32,000 nucleotides of DNA from Opitutales bacterium (GTDB lineage Bacteria > Verrucomicrobiota > Verrucomicrobiia > Opitutales > UBA9783): NCBI GenBank assembly GCA_046881885.1, contig JBKSMP010000028.1, forward strand, positions 35,408 to 67,407, in the 5' to 3' direction. The notes under the pieces are model-generated. The model did not search any database. It had not been told where the DNA came from and saw nothing but the letters and a program-made list of their open reading frames with translations. This document shows, piece by piece, positions 15,544-24,831 of the stretch. Positions within the stretch are counted from its first letter, which is position 1. The number at the start of each line of letters is the position of its first letter. A program made the translations under genes and the position numbers.

Positions 15544-17862
15544 CTAAAAAGAGACTCCAAATGAATACACAATATGGGGTGCTTTCTTCTTATTATACGA
15601 ATCTGTTTTCAAAGGGAAAGCAAAATCTAAACGAAAAGGTGCACCTAAAACGTGAATTCGTAATCCAAAGCCTGCATCACTGTTCCAGCCGCCTGATTTT
15701 GTGTCTAAATACTTATTATTAAGTTCTTTTACCTGACCTATGTCAAAAAATCCAACCAAGCGAACAATAGAGTGTACTTTGACAGAATATTCAGATTTTA
15801 AGTACGCAAAACGTTTACCTCCCAAATTTTCATGATACTGATCGTTGGTTTTTGGACCTACTTCGCGGTAGTCAAAGCCACGTAAATTGTCTGGACCACC
15901 CAAGAATTCGCGTTCAAAGAGTGGAACTTCTTGTCCTGATAAGCCACGAACAAAACCTGTTTTTCCGCCGATAAGAAAGGTTTGTTCATATTCTGGGCTA
16001 ATTAAAAACCATCTAGCTGCTGTGAAATTTGTACGCAAATACTTAGTGGCTCCACCCAAACCTGCCCATTGATTATCCCAAACCAGATATGTTCCGCAGG
16101 TTGGATAAATAAACTGATCACGCGTGTCGCGTTCCAGCAAAAATCCAATTTTAGAAATAGTACGTTTTCCTTCTTCGTTTTTAATGACTTGCGAAACATC
16201 TGCAGAATGGACATCCGTTAATTTAAATTGCTCCAAATGGTAATACAATCGTCCTTCTACTTGTTCAAAAAGGCGTTTGGCCAAGTAAACTTCACCCCCT
16301 AAACGAATTTCTTTGAAGTGATCGCTATCAAACTTGCTCATATTGCGAAACAAGTTAAAACCAAAACGTAATTCTCGATCAAACAACCAAGGTTCTTCGA
16401 ACGATAACCCAACTTCATTCGAATACTTACCAAAGCTTGTATTAATCTGAAATTTTTGACCAGCACCACGGAAATAATCCTTGGAATTCTTATAATCAAA
16501 GTTGTTTTGGCTTAATGTAACGCCAAAAGTAAACTTTTCAACACTGTTGAGCGCCCCCGAGAAATAAATACTTCCGGTCGGATTTTCTTCAACAACAACT
16601 TTTATGTCTTTTTCGCAAGGGCTACTGGAATCTTCTGGAGCTAATTGAACGCTTTTGAAAAAGCCTGTATTATAGAGACGTTGTTCTGCTTTTTTAATGC
16701 GTGTACGGTCTAAAATGTCACCAGGAGCCAAGTTCATTTCACGTAAAATAACACGTGCTTGTGTATGAATATTTCCAGTTAAATAAAGCGAATGAATGCG
16801 ATATTGCAAGCCACGAGTGACTTGAAAATGTAAGTCCAATAAGCCTTCCGCAACCCATTTACGTGCAACATTTACCTCTGCGTCGATGTAGCCATAACGT
16901 CCATAAAAATCACGAATACGTTCACAAGCTTCTTCTATTTTTTCGGGCGAAGCAATGTTTCCGTCTTTGAGTTGTACACATTTTCTTAGCGCCTCTAAAT
17001 CATCTGCTTGATCGCAATTCAACGCAACTTGATGAATCTTATAACAAATGCCTTCGCTTACCGGAATAACAATGCGCAAAAGGTTGCCATTTTCTAATAA
17101 GCGAATTTTAGCATGTTCAATTTCTACATCTAAATAACCTTTATTTCTGTAAAGCGTTTCAATTTTTTCTAAATCTTTTTGCCAAATTGCTTCATCAAAA
17201 CGGCCCGTTTTCGTTAACCAAGATAACCAGCCCCATGGTTTGGTACACATGTGCTCCAGTAGTTCTTTGGCTTCAAAAACGCTTACGCCCTCAAAACGAA
17301 TATCTTTAATGCGTAAACAAGGACCTTCTTTAACTTCAAAAATGACTGTATGATACCCTGTTTTGCTGGGTTTTGTGCGAACCTTTGCTTCTACCTTGCA
17401 GTAACCTTTAGACTGATAAAAACGCTTTAATACAGCTAAATCTTGAACCAATTGACTTTCGTTCATGGGCTGATTAACGCGACTTTTCATCCCATAAAGC
17501 AGTTCATTATCACGAAAATGTTTGTTGCCGATAAACTGAAAGGTTTCAATACGTGGACAAATTTTTCCCTGAAGACGAACCTTAAGTTTGCCAGAATCAA
17601 CTTCGGTAAACCAATGCAGCTCATTAAACCAACCGGTTTTATAGAGCTGTTCGGAAGCTGAATCTAGATCTTTTCCGCGAACGTGATCACCTTCTTTAAA
17701 GCCTAATTGCGCGCGAACATAATCTTCGGAAATATTTTTGTAGCCTTGCAACTCAATTTGCAGTTGCTGAAGAGGTAACAACTCGCCGTTCCAAGTGCTT
17801 TCTTGTGCTTGCAAGAGCAAACTGTTTAATAAAATACCTAAAATCCATCCTAATTTTTTCAT
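15544..17862 (-). CDS. bamA: Outer membrane protein assembly factor BamA (Omp85)
   Basis: The protein is 772 aa with signal peptide 'MKKLGWILGILLNSLLLQAQ'. POTRA-like repeats are followed by a C-terminal beta-barrel ending '...YSFGVSF' with a terminal Phe. The 'GG..LRGF' motif is present. Confidence 0.9.
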   Translation of the reverse strand: MKKLGWILGILLNSLLLQAQESTWNGELLPLQQLQIELQGYKNISEDYVRAQLGFKEGDHVRGKDLDSASEQLYKTGWFNELHWFTEVDSGKLKVRLQGKICPRIETFQFIGNKHFRDNELLYGMKSRVNQPMNESQLVQDLAVLKRFYQSKGYCKVEAKVRTKPSKTGYHTVIFEVKEGPCLRIKDIRFEGVSVFEAKELLEHMCTKPWGWLSWLTKTGRFDEAIWQKDLEKIETLYRNKGYLDVEIEHAKIRLLENGNLLRIVIPVSEGICYKIHQVALNCDQADDLEALRKCVQLKDGNIASPEKIEEACERIRDFYGRYGYIDAEVNVARKWVAEGLLDLHFQVTRGLQYRIHSLYLTGNIHTQARVILREMNLAPGDILDRTRIKKAEQRLYNTGFFKSVQLAPEDSSSPCEKDIKVVVEENPTGSIYFSGALNSVEKFTFGVTLSQNNFDYKNSKDYFRGAGQKFQINTSFGKYSNEVGLSFEEPWLFDRELRFGFNLFRNMSKFDSDHFKEIRLGGEVYLAKRLFEQVEGRLYYHLEQFKLTDVHSADVSQVIKNEEGKRTISKIGFLLERDTRDQFIYPTCGTYLVWDNQWAGLGGATKYLRTNFTAARWFLISPEYEQTFLIGGKTGFVRGLSGQEVPLFEREFLGGPDNLRGFDYREVGPKTNDQYHENLGGKRFAYLKSEYSVKVHSIVRLVGFFDIGQVKELNNKYLDTKSGGWNSDAGFGLRIHVLGAPFRLDFAFPLKTDSYNKKKAPHIVYSFGVSF

Positions 17863-17863
17863 A

Positions 17864-19246
17864 TTAATCTAAATCCTTTGCATAGTTTTCAAAACGTGTT
17901 AATGACCTTACATAGGTCAAATTAACGGCTCCAACAGGCCCATTACGCTGTTTAGCAATCAGTAATTCTCGTACAACGACATCGTCATTCGTTGTTTCAT
18001 CGACAGGGCCATTTTCATCAAATTTTTTAGAAAGCAACAACACCAAGTCTGCATCTTGCTCAATCGAACCGGATTCACGTAAATCCGATAAACGTGGTTG
18101 TCGGCGTTCTTTTTCAGATTCACGGTTTAGCTGACTCAAAACAATCACGGGAACATTTAATTCCTTTGCCAATCCTTTGATGCCTCTGGAAATTTCTGCA
18201 ATCTGTTGCTCACGTGGAGCTTTCGAATCGGTTCCAGAAATCAATTGTAAGTAGTCGATAATGACTAGTCCTAATCCGTGTTGTGCATGTACGCGACGTG
18301 CCTTTGAGCGCAATTCCAATATGGTTGCGTTTGAAGATGCATCAATCCACAAGGGTGCTTTTTTAAATTCAGATGCAACCATGGTAAGTTCGTGAGACTT
18401 GCCATCTGCAATGTATCCGGAACGTAACTTTGTCATATTGATACGTGCACGTCCACACAGCATACGGATAGCTAATTGTTCCGCGCTCATTTCAAGGCTG
18501 AAAAAAAGCGTTGGTACCGGATTTTTCCCTAAAATAGCTGCTTCAGCAAAATTAAGCGCTAAAGCCGTTTTTCCCATCGAAGGACGTGCGGCCAAAACAA
18601 TCATTTCGGCGGGATGAAAACCAGATGTTAAGCTATCAAGTTCGACAAAACCACTTTTTACCCCACTCACACTACCTGAATGTTGTAACAGATTTTGAAT
18701 CGTGTTAACAGCTTTATCTAAAGAAACGTCAAATGCTTGTGCAGAATCTTCGACACGGCCACTACTAATCTCTAAAACTTTTCCTTCGACGCTTTCAATA
18801 AAATGATCAATATCGTCAACGCCTTGATAAGCATCTTCCAAGCCGGTCATGAAGAAACGAACTAGGTTACGCGCAATTTCTAAATCTTTTACTCTTTGTG
18901 CATAGAAACTCAAATTAGCAGGCGTCTCAATGCGATTTGTAATTTCATTAAGATAAGCGTAATTCCCGATACGTTCTAGCTTTCCAGAGGTCTTTAAACG
19001 CTCTGAAACGGTCAATTCGTTAACCGGAGCACCTTCCTGGTATAAAAGCAGGCAAACCTTGAAAATTTCTGCATGTGCAGGAATATAAAAAGAGTAGGGC
19101 GATAGCTTCAAATCGACGCATTTTGCTAAACTATCTTGCCCTCCTTCCAACATACAAGCAGCCAATAAAGCTTGCTCGTAATCCACACTGTAAGGAGGCT
19201 CTCGAAGTGCTTTTTCTCGCTTAACTTCGCTAGCCATACTTAACAA
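17864..19246 (-). CDS. dnaB: Replicative DNA helicase DnaB
   Basis: 'PPYSVDYEQALLAACM' is a typical N-terminal domain. Walker A is 'AARPSMGKTALALNFA'. 'IDYLQLI' and 'QLNRESEKR' are present. The ORF-track start is TTG at 19246; an ATG at 19237 ('MASEV') is an equally plausible start. Confidence 0.9.
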   Translation of the reverse strand: MLSMASEVKREKALREPPYSVDYEQALLAACMLEGGQDSLAKCVDLKLSPYSFYIPAHAEIFKVCLLLYQEGAPVNELTVSERLKTSGKLERIGNYAYLNEITNRIETPANLSFYAQRVKDLEIARNLVRFFMTGLEDAYQGVDDIDHFIESVEGKVLEISSGRVEDSAQAFDVSLDKAVNTIQNLLQHSGSVSGVKSGFVELDSLTSGFHPAEMIVLAARPSMGKTALALNFAEAAILGKNPVPTLFFSLEMSAEQLAIRMLCGRARINMTKLRSGYIADGKSHELTMVASEFKKAPLWIDASSNATILELRSKARRVHAQHGLGLVIIDYLQLISGTDSKAPREQQIAEISRGIKGLAKELNVPVIVLSQLNRESEKERRQPRLSDLRESGSIEQDADLVLLLSKKFDENGPVDETTNDDVVVRELLIAKQRNGPVGAVNLTYVRSLTRFENYAKDLD

Positions 19247-19255
19247 TTACAACAA

Positions 19256-19720
19256 TTAAGCAATTGGATTTTCGGAAACAACTTCAACCGATAGGTCTAA
19301 ATGTACATCCTTATGCAAGCGAACTTGGAATGAATGTCTTCCTAATGATTTTATAGGTTGTTGTAAGCGAATGCAGCCTTTGTCGAATTCAATGCCTTCT
19401 TCGGTATAGCGCTTCCACAAATCATTGTGTGTAACAGAACCAAACAACTTGCCTTCTTCTCCGGTCTTTACTGCTATTGTCAACGAGACAGCTTCCAAAC
19501 GTTTTGCCAAAGCTTGTGCTTCTTCTAATTCTTTTGCCTCACGGGCTGCACGAGCTTTTTGCAAGGCTTCTATTTGCTTTGCATTGGCGCGAACAAAGGG
19601 CATAACCCAATGCTTAGGCAATAGGAAATTGCGAGCATATCCTGCCTTTACGGAAACGATATCACCTTCGCCTCCAAGATTCTTTACTGGCTTTAACAAC
19701 AAAACTTTTACATGTGCCAT
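19256..19720 (-). CDS. rplI: 50S ribosomal protein L9
   Basis: 'VKVLLLKPVKNLGGEGDIVSVKAGYARNFLLPK' is the canonical L9 N-terminus. Length is 154 aa. Confidence 0.9.
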   Translation of the reverse strand: MAHVKVLLLKPVKNLGGEGDIVSVKAGYARNFLLPKHWVMPFVRANAKQIEALQKARAAREAKELEEAQALAKRLEAVSLTIAVKTGEEGKLFGSVTHNDLWKRYTEEGIEFDKGCIRLQQPIKSLGRHSFQVRLHKDVHLDLSVEVVSENPIA

Positions 19721-19747
19721 AATACGATTCTTATTAAATTTTAATTC

Positions 19748-20206
19748 TTAAAAAGGAACATCTTCATCTGCGGCATTATTGAAAGGTGTATCTATAGTGT
19801 CACCTTTGGACTCTGCCTTCTCATAAGAAAATGGTGTTGATGTTTTTTCCGTTCCGTCCATTTGTTGTGAGTTTGACCCGACAAAGACAAAGTTTTCTAA
19901 AACGACCATCAATTTACTGCGTTTTTCGCCGGTCTGACTTTGCCACTCATTTAAGCGCAAACGTCCTTCAACAAAAATAGGACGACCTTTAGTAAAATAC
20001 TTCGCAACTACTTCGGCTTGTTTTCCAAACGCTTCTACATCCACAAATGTAGTTTCTTCCCGCATTCCATTTTCTGCTTTTTCGGTCTTCACAGAGCGCG
20101 AACAAGCCAATGTAAAACGGCAAATCGAAAGTCCACTGGGGGTTACACGCAATTCTGGATCGCGCACCAAATTCCCCATCAACATTACTTTATTATAAGA
20201 AGCCAT
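19748..20206 (-). CDS. ssb: Single-stranded DNA-binding protein
   Basis: 'NKVMLMGNLVRDPELRVTPSG' begins an OB fold. The acidic C-terminal tip is '...DEDVPF'. Length is 152 aa. Confidence 0.9.
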   Translation of the reverse strand: MASYNKVMLMGNLVRDPELRVTPSGLSICRFTLACSRSVKTEKAENGMREETTFVDVEAFGKQAEVVAKYFTKGRPIFVEGRLRLNEWQSQTGEKRSKLMVVLENFVFVGSNSQQMDGTEKTSTPFSYEKAESKGDTIDTPFNNAADEDVPF

Positions 20207-20212
20207 ACAGTC

Positions 20213-20506
20213 TTAAGCCTTAATTGCTTCAACAATAACGCGATTGACGTTTGGATTCAAACCGATACGTTCTTGCAAAATTTTATTGAAAGAAGCGTCT
20301 GCTTTGCAAGTAATCGTAACGTATTGTCCTGCAACAAATTCTTTGCGTGGACAACGTGCAAAAGATTTTAATCCCAAATCTTCTACTTTTACAATATCGG
20401 CACCCATCTCTACAATAAGCCCCTTAACTTGTTCTACCAACGCATCAATCGGTTCGCGCCATTTATGCGTGTCTAAAATAAACGTTGCTTGATATTCTTT
20501 TTTCAT
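20213..20506 (-). CDS. rpsF: 30S ribosomal protein S6
   Basis: The protein is 97 aa. 'YQATFILD' has the S6 N-terminal pattern. Its position upstream of ssb and rplI fits. Confidence 0.8.
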   Translation of the reverse strand: MKKEYQATFILDTHKWREPIDALVEQVKGLIVEMGADIVKVEDLGLKSFARCPRKEFVAGQYVTITCKADASFNKILQERIGLNPNVNRVIVEAIKA

Positions 20507-20510
20507 TTTA

Positions 20511-21089
20511 TTATCGTTCTATAAAATTCAGGCCTTTTATGACGCCTTTGTCAATAAGGACTTCAATGTTCTTTTCAAATTTTTTCGTAACTTCAGGTAA
20601 TTCTGCTATTTCTTGCTCTGTCAAGCGTCCTAAAACAAAGTTGTCGAGCTGCATTGTTGGTGATCCCAAGCCAATGCGATAACGTATAAAACCATTTCCT
20701 AAATGCGAAACAATGCTTTTTATGCCATTGTGACCCGCATCGCCCGGAATGGTTGAAACTTTGAATTTTAGCCAAGGAATCGTAACATCATCACAAATAA
20801 CCAGCACTTCTTCCGCTTTTAGTTTGAAATAGTGACAAAAGGCTTGAACGGCTTCGCCACTTAAATTCATAAAAGTTTGTGGTTTTATGCAGTAAACTTT
20901 GTGATTTGCAATAGAAATAACAGCAACTTGACACTTGCACTTTTTGTTTTCCTCCCAGCATCCTCCCTTAGATTTTACTAAAGCATCTAAGAGTAGAAAA
21001 CCTATATTGTGGCGCGTGAGCGCATACAACAAGCCTGGATTTCCTAATCCTACGAGCAAACTTATGGTCCAATTTAGAGCAGGCATCAA
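20511..21089 (-). CDS. pth: Peptidyl-tRNA hydrolase
   Basis: 'LLVGLGNPGLLYALTRHNIGF', 'MNLSGEAV' and 'GHNGIKSI' are signature Pth motifs, including the catalytic His in 'TRHN'. Confidence 0.9.
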   Translation of the reverse strand: MMPALNWTISLLVGLGNPGLLYALTRHNIGFLLLDALVKSKGGCWEENKKCKCQVAVISIANHKVYCIKPQTFMNLSGEAVQAFCHYFKLKAEEVLVICDDVTIPWLKFKVSTIPGDAGHNGIKSIVSHLGNGFIRYRIGLGSPTMQLDNFVLGRLTEQEIAELPEVTKKFEKNIEVLIDKGVIKGLNFIER

Positions 21090-21104
21090 GTAGACTTATC
21101 TTAT

Positions 21105-21707
21105 TTACTTTTTGCTACCTTCTTTTTCGTCTTCAGCTGCTTCAGAACTATCGTCTTCTAACTCTACGCAAGAAACAACAACATCGTCTGCAGGCGTTTT
21201 GTAAGCGATGCCTTTAAGTGCAGGCAAATTCTTAACGTGCATAGAAGTACCTAAGCCTAAGCTTGCAATATCAACTTCAATAAACGCAGGAAGATTATCT
21301 GGTAAGCAAGAAATAGCCACCGTGTGACGAGCAATATCCAAAAGTCCTCCACCTTCTTTTACACCAATAGGATCGCCAACAAAACGTAAAGGTACGTTGG
21401 CAACCATAGGTTTGTCGGCAGCAATTTCTTTGAAATCAATGTGCAAGAAATTGTCTTTGCGAGGATCGCGTTGCTCTGCTTGTAACATCGCTAAGGTTGT
21501 TTCTTCGCCGCAAACGAGTTCTATAAAGGCAACCCCATCGCCTTTTTCTAACATCATTTTACGGAATTCAGGTGTTAAAATTTGTAACTGTTTTACGCCC
21601 GAATGACCATAAACGACGGCAGGAATATACCCACTTTTACGTAAACGTCCACTTGCCCTGGAACCATTTACTTCACGCTTTTCAACAACAAGTCGTATCT
21701 TTTTCAT
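21105..21707 (-). CDS. rplY: 50S ribosomal protein L25 (Ctc form)
   Basis: 'GRLRKSGYIPAVVYG' is the L25/Ctc signature. The 200-aa long form has an acidic C-terminal tail. Confidence 0.85.
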   Translation of the reverse strand: MKKIRLVVEKREVNGSRASGRLRKSGYIPAVVYGHSGVKQLQILTPEFRKMMLEKGDGVAFIELVCGEETTLAMLQAEQRDPRKDNFLHIDFKEIAADKPMVANVPLRFVGDPIGVKEGGGLLDIARHTVAISCLPDNLPAFIEVDIASLGLGTSMHVKNLPALKGIAYKTPADDVVVSCVELEDDSSEAAEDEKEGSKK

Positions 21708-21811
21708 AAATCTTTTATTGCTATAACAACTTTTTATACTTTAAAGTAACTACACATTAAAGAAGCAAAATTTTTTACAACATACAACTTAAAAAATGGT
21801 TTTTTTGCAAA

Positions 21812-23143
21812 ATGGAGAAAATTGGAAGAAAAATTTGGATTAAAACATACGGCTGCCAGATGAATATGCGTGATAGTGATACGCTTAAAACGCTCTTGAA
21901 AGCCGATGGACACTGTATTGTTAATGCGGAAGAGGAGGCGGACATAGCGCTTTTATATACTTGTAGTATTCGCGACCTTGCAGAAAGTAAAGCTTTAGGA
22001 AAAGCAGGACGTTTGATTCGTAATAAGAAAAAGAATCCTAATTATCGTATCGGAATTTTGGGTTGTATGGCTTCGCGACAAGGTAAAAACTTGTTAAAAA
22101 AGTTACCACAGCTAGATTGGATTATTGCGCCACAAAATTTGGCTGACGCACCGCAGCTAATTCGCCAGACTTTAGAAAATGATCTTACTGATTGTTTAGT
22201 TTCTGAAATTCCTGAAATATTTGATTTTTCGTGTTATGAAGCAAAGGGTGCCACTCAAGCAACTTTGTTCGTTCCTATTCAGCAAGGGTGCAATATGGCT
22301 TGTTCGTACTGTATTGTGCCACAGACGCGAGGTCGGCAACAAAATCGTTCTTTGACATCCATTTTAAAAGAAATTGAAACGGCTGCTCAAGAGGGTACAA
22401 AGGAAATTACTTTGTTGGGGCAAATTGTTAATTCCTATCAGGATCCAGAAACACAGAAACGTTTTTCGGATTTGTTAGAAGCTGTGCAGGTAATTGAAGG
22501 GATTGAACGCATTCGTTTTGTTTCTCCACATCCTACTTTCTTTACCGATAATTTAATCGAATGTTTTGCAAAATTGCCTAAATTGTGTCCTGCGATTCAC
22601 TTGCCTGTTCAAAGTGGGTCGAATCGCTTATTAAAAGAGATGCACCGTGCCTATACAAAAGAAAAGATTTATGCGATTGTAGACAAATTGAGAGCCATTA
22701 ATCCATTGTTTTCTATTTCTACAGATATTATTGTGGGGTATCCTGGCGAAACAGAAATTGACTTTAAAGATACCTGCGAGCTTTTTGATCATATTCAGTT
22801 TGATATGGCTTATGTCTTTAAGTATAGTCCACGTCCCTCAACCCTTGCTGCACCACAACAAGATACAATCTTGGGAATTGAAGATGCTGTTAAAGAAGAA
22901 CGTAATCAAATTCTTTTGGAGAAATTAAGTCGCTATTCGACAGCTTACAATGAGCGCTTTTTAGGTACCCAGCAAACGATTTTGGTAGAAGGCAAGCCCC
23001 ATCGCGGTACTGGTAAACTTTTTGGTCGCAATGTTTATAATAAGAAGGTTATTGTTGACGGTCCTGAATTTTGGATTGGTACCTTGAAACCAGTATATAT
23101 AACAAAAACCTCTTCCAGCGTTCTTGAGGGTAGGGTTTTGTGA
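21812..23143 (+). CDS. miaB: tRNA-i6A37 methylthiotransferase MiaB
   Basis: 'KIWIKTYGCQMNMRDSD' is the UPF0004 N-domain and 'LLYTCSIR' is present. The radical-SAM motif is 'QQGCNMACSYCIVP'. The C-terminus is TRAM-like. Confidence 0.85.
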   Translation: MEKIGRKIWIKTYGCQMNMRDSDTLKTLLKADGHCIVNAEEEADIALLYTCSIRDLAESKALGKAGRLIRNKKKNPNYRIGILGCMASRQGKNLLKKLPQLDWIIAPQNLADAPQLIRQTLENDLTDCLVSEIPEIFDFSCYEAKGATQATLFVPIQQGCNMACSYCIVPQTRGRQQNRSLTSILKEIETAAQEGTKEITLLGQIVNSYQDPETQKRFSDLLEAVQVIEGIERIRFVSPHPTFFTDNLIECFAKLPKLCPAIHLPVQSGSNRLLKEMHRAYTKEKIYAIVDKLRAINPLFSISTDIIVGYPGETEIDFKDTCELFDHIQFDMAYVFKYSPRPSTLAAPQQDTILGIEDAVKEERNQILLEKLSRYSTAYNERFLGTQQTILVEGKPHRGTGKLFGRNVYNKKVIVDGPEFWIGTLKPVYITKTSSSVLEGRVL

Positions 23144-23324
23144 TTTAGCAGATATCTTACAAAGTCGAAAATAAAGATCTTTATCAACTTTCATTAATGC
23201 TTGTAAGGATGATTTTACGTAAGCAAATTATACAAAATTTTTTGCTTTTTCGAATGAATTGAAGCTGAGTTTGTTGAGGATTTTATTTTTATCTTTTTAA
23301 CCTATTTTAGCATTTACATTTCTC

Positions 23325-24077
23325 TTGATACAGTTTACACATTTAAGTGTGCAGTTATATTTGAAGCAATTGATAGCCTTGCAGGAAAAGGAATATGTTT
23401 TATTAGGGTTAGAAAAGAAACAAAAATGTTGTGAGCAAGATTTACTTACCTTGGAACATTCTATAGAGGACTTAAATAACGAACTTAAATCTTTTAAACA
23501 AAAATTGCAGCATGAAGAACAAAACTATAGAAATGGCGAGCTGCAGTTAATTGCCGACGAAGAAACTTTAGTACGACAAAAAACTCAACTAATGAGCATC
23601 AAAAAAACAAATGATTTTGCAGCCATGGAAACTGCAAATACAGCGTTAGAAAATCGTATTTCTGCTCAACAAGATGCTTTAATTGCACAATTAGAACTGC
23701 TTGAAAACTTGCGAGAGCAATATACCTCAAAAGTACATTCTGTTCATCAGCAAATAGAAGATTTAAAAAGCCAGCAACAGCAAGTTCAAGAACAAAGCCA
23801 GGAACTTTCAAAGGCTATTCAACAACAACAAGAAGCTGTAGAAGCCTTTACAAATACACTTCAAGGAAAATTTTATGAAGCTTATTGTGTTTTGAGAAGA
23901 GCTGGTAAAGCCTATCCTTGGGTTGTTGCCGTAAACGAAAATGGTAAATGTTCTGGTTGTTATTTATCGCTTTCAACAGAAGCACTTTCGAATTTAAAAG
24001 AAACGAAAGAGCCACAATTTTGCGAGCAATGTGGACGTATTCTTTATCAAAAAGAGGAAGCAGATGCACAGGTGTAG
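23325..24077 (+). CDS. Coiled-coil protein with C-terminal C4 zinc ribbon (zf-RING_7/DUF164; HP0958 / CT398-CdsZ family)
   Basis: A long heptad-rich body ('LKQLIALQEKE...') is followed by 'CSGCYLSLS...FCEQCGRILY'. This compares with H. pylori HP0958 'LKQLIEISHLDKE...CGGCFIRLN...CPYCGRILY'. The start is uncertain: TTG at 23325 (ORF track) or GTG at 23349. The 3' end overlaps the kdsB start by 14 nt. Confidence 0.75.
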   Translation: MIQFTHLSVQLYLKQLIALQEKEYVLLGLEKKQKCCEQDLLTLEHSIEDLNNELKSFKQKLQHEEQNYRNGELQLIADEETLVRQKTQLMSIKKTNDFAAMETANTALENRISAQQDALIAQLELLENLREQYTSKVHSVHQQIEDLKSQQQQVQEQSQELSKAIQQQQEAVEAFTNTLQGKFYEAYCVLRRAGKAYPWVVAVNENGKCSGCYLSLSTEALSNLKETKEPQFCEQCGRILYQKEEADAQV

Positions 24078-24810
24078 TATTGTTATTCCAGCACGTATCG
24101 CTTCAACGCGTTTACCCGGTAAGATGTTGAAATCTTTAGGCGGTAAGCCTGTTGTTCAGCATGTCATAGAACGCACTCAAAAAGTTCGTAATTGTCAATC
24201 AGTTTACGTGGTAACCGATAGCAATGAAATTGTTCACTTAGCAAATTCTCTGGGTGTCACTGGGCTTCTTACAGCTCCAGAATGTCGGTCGGGTACAGAA
24301 CGCATTGTTTCGGTTTTGAATAAGATTGCAGGTGATTGGATTTTTAATGTGCAGGGTGATGAACCTTTTGTAGACATTCATCTGATCGAGGAAATGATCG
24401 ATCGTACTCGCAATACTCAAGCAGACATTTTAACCCCTGTGTATCGTCTAAAATCGATCGAAGAGGTTTTAAATCCCAATGTCGTAAAAGTTGTTCGTAA
24501 TGTTGATGATTTTGCTCTTTATTTTTCGAGAAGTCCCATTCCTTTCGTTCGTGATATCCCGAAGGAGGAATGGCTTCAAAAAACGACCTTTTGGGGACAC
24601 TTAGGTATTTATGGATACCAAAGAACGGTATTGGAAACCTATTCCAAAATTCCCCTCAGTCCGCTCGAGCAAGCCGAATCTTTGGAACAATTACGTTTCT
24701 TAAGTAATAACTTCCGTATTTTGACCTGTGAAACCCAAAATCGTTCTGTTGCCATCGATACTGCAGAGGATTTAGCACTTGCAGAAAAGATTTTAGGGAA
24801 ATCCCATTAG
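24064..24810 (+). CDS. kdsB: 3-deoxy-manno-octulosonate cytidylyltransferase (CMP-Kdo synthetase) KdsB
   Basis: 'IVIPARIASTRLPGKML' and 'NVQGDEPF' are present, along with a C-terminal 'VAIDTAEDL'-type motif. The ATG at 24064 matches family N-termini. The ORF-track start at 24031 is an upstream extension. Confidence 0.9.
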   Translation: MHRCSIVIPARIASTRLPGKMLKSLGGKPVVQHVIERTQKVRNCQSVYVVTDSNEIVHLANSLGVTGLLTAPECRSGTERIVSVLNKIAGDWIFNVQGDEPFVDIHLIEEMIDRTRNTQADILTPVYRLKSIEEVLNPNVVKVVRNVDDFALYFSRSPIPFVRDIPKEEWLQKTTFWGHLGIYGYQRTVLETYSKIPLSPLEQAESLEQLRFLSNNFRILTCETQNRSVAIDTAEDLALAEKILGKSH

Positions 24811-24831
24811 TGTTTGGTTGTACATTTTTAT

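Noticed and set aside
23144-23324. A possible sigma-54 promoter (GG-N10-GC) upstream of the CT398/HP0958-like gene, and a possible miaB terminator hairpin at 23199-23224 (gcttgtaa..ttacgtaagc).
   Set aside because: There is a TTGC at the 'ttttttgc' site but no GG dinucleotide at the required -24 spacing. The hairpin is AU-rich, needs a 2-nt bulge, and is not directly followed by a T-run.
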